Source: a virus
Direction: 5' to 3' (one strand)
DNA length: 46,618 bases
UHGV virus genome: UHGV-1365300
Shown: piece by piece, positions 44,732 to 46,618 of the stretch
How the letters are laid out: each line of letters starts with the position of its first letter
How positions within the stretch are numbered: the stretch's first letter is position 1
Made by a program: the position numbers and the translations under genes
The notes under the pieces: generated by a model
Told to the model about the DNA's origin: nothing
Databases searched by the model: none
The model's input: the letters and a program-made list of their open reading frames with translations, nothing else

Positions 44732-46218
44732 TGGCAATAAAGACCATTTACGACCTTACAGCAGACATCAAAAAAGATGCATGGTATGACATAACCAGAC
44801 CGCCAGGCCTTGCTGGTGAGATAGCTGAAGACATCGCCGCTGGTGAAGTACGAGAACAGCCAAGGTTGCGCGCTGTGGCAGCACTGCATGAGCTGGTCAT
44901 TGCCAGCAAAGGTAAAATTAAAACCCCGAGCGGCATGAAAGGAAACTTGCTGACCATCTGCATTGCTGATTCTGCCGGTGGTAAAGACCGTTCTCAAAGT
45001 CACTTCAAGATGATCGCCCGCGATATCGACAAAGGTCAGCACGTTTTTGGCCGCATAGCATCATCAAAAGATATCGGGCGCACACTGATAAACCACGAAG
45101 GCGTGGCAACATTTATTATTGATGAATGCCATGGTCTTTTTGGCGTGATGTCACAAAAGAATGGCGCCACCTATATGGCAGAGCTTGGCTCTGAAATTCT
45201 CTCAATCTATTCAGACCGCCTGAAAAAATTCTCTGACCTTGATGCCATTAATGCGAAGGAGTTGCTGGAGAAGGAGTTAAAAAAACTGCGCGCAGAAGTT
45301 AAGGATAAGGGCATTGTTGAAACTGAGTATCGTCGACGTGAAATGCATCTCGAAAAAGAAATCTTATGGCCTATCCAGAACGGGATAGAAGACCCTATAT
45401 TTTCAATGATGTGCTTCTCAACGCCTGAAAAGCTGGCAAGCATCATCTGCTCTGAAAACATTGGCACCGGCCTTATTGGTCGTGCGATATTCATCAAAGG
45501 AAAAGATGGCCGAGCAAGGAAAGCAAAAAAATTCGGTCACAAGACGCCGCCATCGCTTATCGAGAAGATGAAACAGATAGAGAAATCAGCACCAACCGTG
45601 GCGAGGTACGAAGATACAATGGTTGAGCAACTTGCTGAATCTCTTGATGATCGTTTTGAGGAGTTGCGGAATGATGTTGCGCTAGGAGCTGTAATATCAC
45701 GTTCATTTGAGCAGGTAGAGAAAGTGGCAACAGCTCTTTCTGCTGGAAACAAAGGAGTAATTACAGAGGCCATGCTGATGTGGGCTTTTTGCTTTGTCTG
45801 TGAAAGCCTTACTGACGTTATGAGCATGCTTAAAGTGAATGAGAGCCAGGAGGAACTTGGCACTATGGCGCGATGGAACGAGATTAAAAACCGCATTGAA
45901 AACGTGCTATCTGGTAGAACACGCGATGATTCAATGCCTCAGTCAAGCATTATTCAGCGCGTAGTTAAAACAAAGTCGCTAAAAGGACTGGCAGAAGCTA
46001 TTGCTCGTACCAATGGAGAGGATTTTAATTTCGGCGCAAAAACACTTATCACGCCAGTAATGCAGGCATTAATGGAGTCAAGAGCTATTGATGCTGTCGG
46101 TTGCGGTTACTGGATTAACGACGCGAGCAAATTTGAGTCGACAAAAATGAGCATTAAATTCTCTCAGATTGTTGAGGGTATCGGCATGAATATGGCGGCG
46201 CAGAGAGGTTGGAGATGA
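44728..46218 (+). CDS. Large protein of unknown function, 496 aa (DExH-like FIIDECHG motif, no P-loop)
   Basis: Coupled to the upstream 71-aa ORF. No GK[ST] Walker A. Central coiled coil. Not assignable to any family by eye. Confidence 0.65.
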   Translation: MMAIKTIYDLTADIKKDAWYDITRPPGLAGEIAEDIAAGEVREQPRLRAVAALHELVIASKGKIKTPSGMKGNLLTICIADSAGGKDRSQSHFKMIARDIDKGQHVFGRIASSKDIGRTLINHEGVATFIIDECHGLFGVMSQKNGATYMAELGSEILSIYSDRLKKFSDLDAINAKELLEKELKKLRAEVKDKGIVETEYRRREMHLEKEILWPIQNGIEDPIFSMMCFSTPEKLASIICSENIGTGLIGRAIFIKGKDGRARKAKKFGHKTPPSLIEKMKQIEKSAPTVARYEDTMVEQLAESLDDRFEELRNDVALGAVISRSFEQVEKVATALSAGNKGVITEAMLMWAFCFVCESLTDVMSMLKVNESQEELGTMARWNEIKNRIENVLSGRTRDDSMPQSSIIQRVVKTKSLKGLAEAIARTNGEDFNFGAKTLITPVMQALMESRAIDAVGCGYWINDASKFESTKMSIKFSQIVEGIGMNMAAQRGWR

Positions 46219-46430
46219 AAAATAAATGGATTGAATGTAGTAAAAAATTACCAGAGGAAAATGAAAAAGTAATTTTTTATCCAGTAGATGATGAGCCGAT
46301 ACATGGAGTTTATCTGCAAGGACACTGGTTTCAGTGTGTATCTTGGTGCAGCATCGACTCTGATGAAGTTCTTGATAACATGGTAACAATTGATGTTACT
46401 CACTGGATTCCAGCTCCAGAAAAACCATAA
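46209..46430 (+). CDS. DUF551-like protein, 73 aa
   Basis: KWIECSKKLPEENEKVIFY...THWIPAPEKP pattern. Start overlaps the stop of the 496-aa gene. Confidence 0.55.
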   Translation: MEMKNKWIECSKKLPEENEKVIFYPVDDEPIHGVYLQGHWFQCVSWCSIDSDEVLDNMVTIDVTHWIPAPEKP

Positions 46431-46431
46431 A

Positions 46432-46463
46432 CAAAAACCCTCCATCAGGAGGGTTTATTTTTT
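46432..46463. terminator. Bidirectional intrinsic terminator A5-CCCTCC-ATCA-GGAGGG-TTTATTTTTT
   Basis: Strong hairpin plus T-run. Confidence 0.8.
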
Positions 46464-46618
46464 AGTGCTTCAAATAGCTCTTCTGGTTTATACAGCCTTT
46501 TTCTGATGGCGCCGCTGTAACGGATATCCTGACCGTCATCAGTAATCAGTATCGGTAGACCTGCATTATCGGCGGCGCATACCTCATCGAAATTATTATT
46601 AATGATGCAGCGTAGTTT
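46445..46618 (-). CDS. Partial ORF (C-terminal 57 aa), start beyond the right edge of the window
   Basis: ...DNAGLPILITDDGQDIRYSGAIRKRLYKPEELFEALKNKPS*, ending inside the terminator hairpin. Confidence 0.3.
   Translation of the reverse strand, partial: KLRCIINNNFDEVCAADNAGLPILITDDGQDIRYSGAIRKRLYKPEELFEALKNKPS

Noticed and set aside
44728-46218. Calling the 496-aa protein a helicase because of IIDECHG
   Set aside because: A lone DExH-like tetrapeptide without a Walker A P-loop or the other SF2 motifs is insufficient. It is left as unknown.
1-46618. CRISPR array, integrase/att site, repressor or excisionase search
   Set aside because: There are no regularly spaced direct repeats. No tyrosine or serine recombinase motifs were seen and no CI/Cro-like pair. 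The genome looks strictly virulent.

Overview
The window looks like a nearly complete genome of a virulent, T1-like (lambda-type tail) siphovirus of enterobacteria. No integrase, repressor or attP is visible. Left to right: a truncated DNA primase (- strand, runs off the window), then a + strand replication/recombination block of SF2 helicase with C-terminal Zn ribbons, VRR-NUC nuclease, PD-(D/E)XK exonuclease, ERF annealase and SSB. A long - strand late region follows: beta-helix tailspike, gpI/J-like central fibre, K, L, M, tape measure, chaperone, major tail protein, neck proteins, major capsid, decoration, protease/scaffold, lysozyme with Rz/Rz1-type spanins, minor head, portal, TerL, TerS. 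A leftward early block of small genes is driven from a promoter at ~44.07 kb. At least seven + strand cassettes are inserted into the - strand modules. Each starts with the same promoter type (TTGACG/TTGACA, 17-18 nt, TAGATT; core motif CGTAGATT) and most end in a GC hairpin plus T-run terminator. Notable contents: two diverged HNH-AP2 homing endonucleases; a tRNA cluster (tRNA-Arg UCU, tRNA-Met CAU, a tRNA 3' fragment) preceded by two long conserved-end hairpins; a ParB-like gene next to a C5-cytosine methyltransferase truncated after motif VI; a Lar-like zinc-finger protein; an HslV-like Ntn-hydrolase peptidase; two DUF551-like proteins. At the right end, an AT-rich region with iterons and DnaA-box-like repeats precedes a 3-gene operon encoding a 496-aa protein of unknown function. 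I rate this last module the most likely site of an undescribed function. All calls come from reading the sequence and ORF track by eye. No database search was possible, so every family assignment is a motif-level inference.
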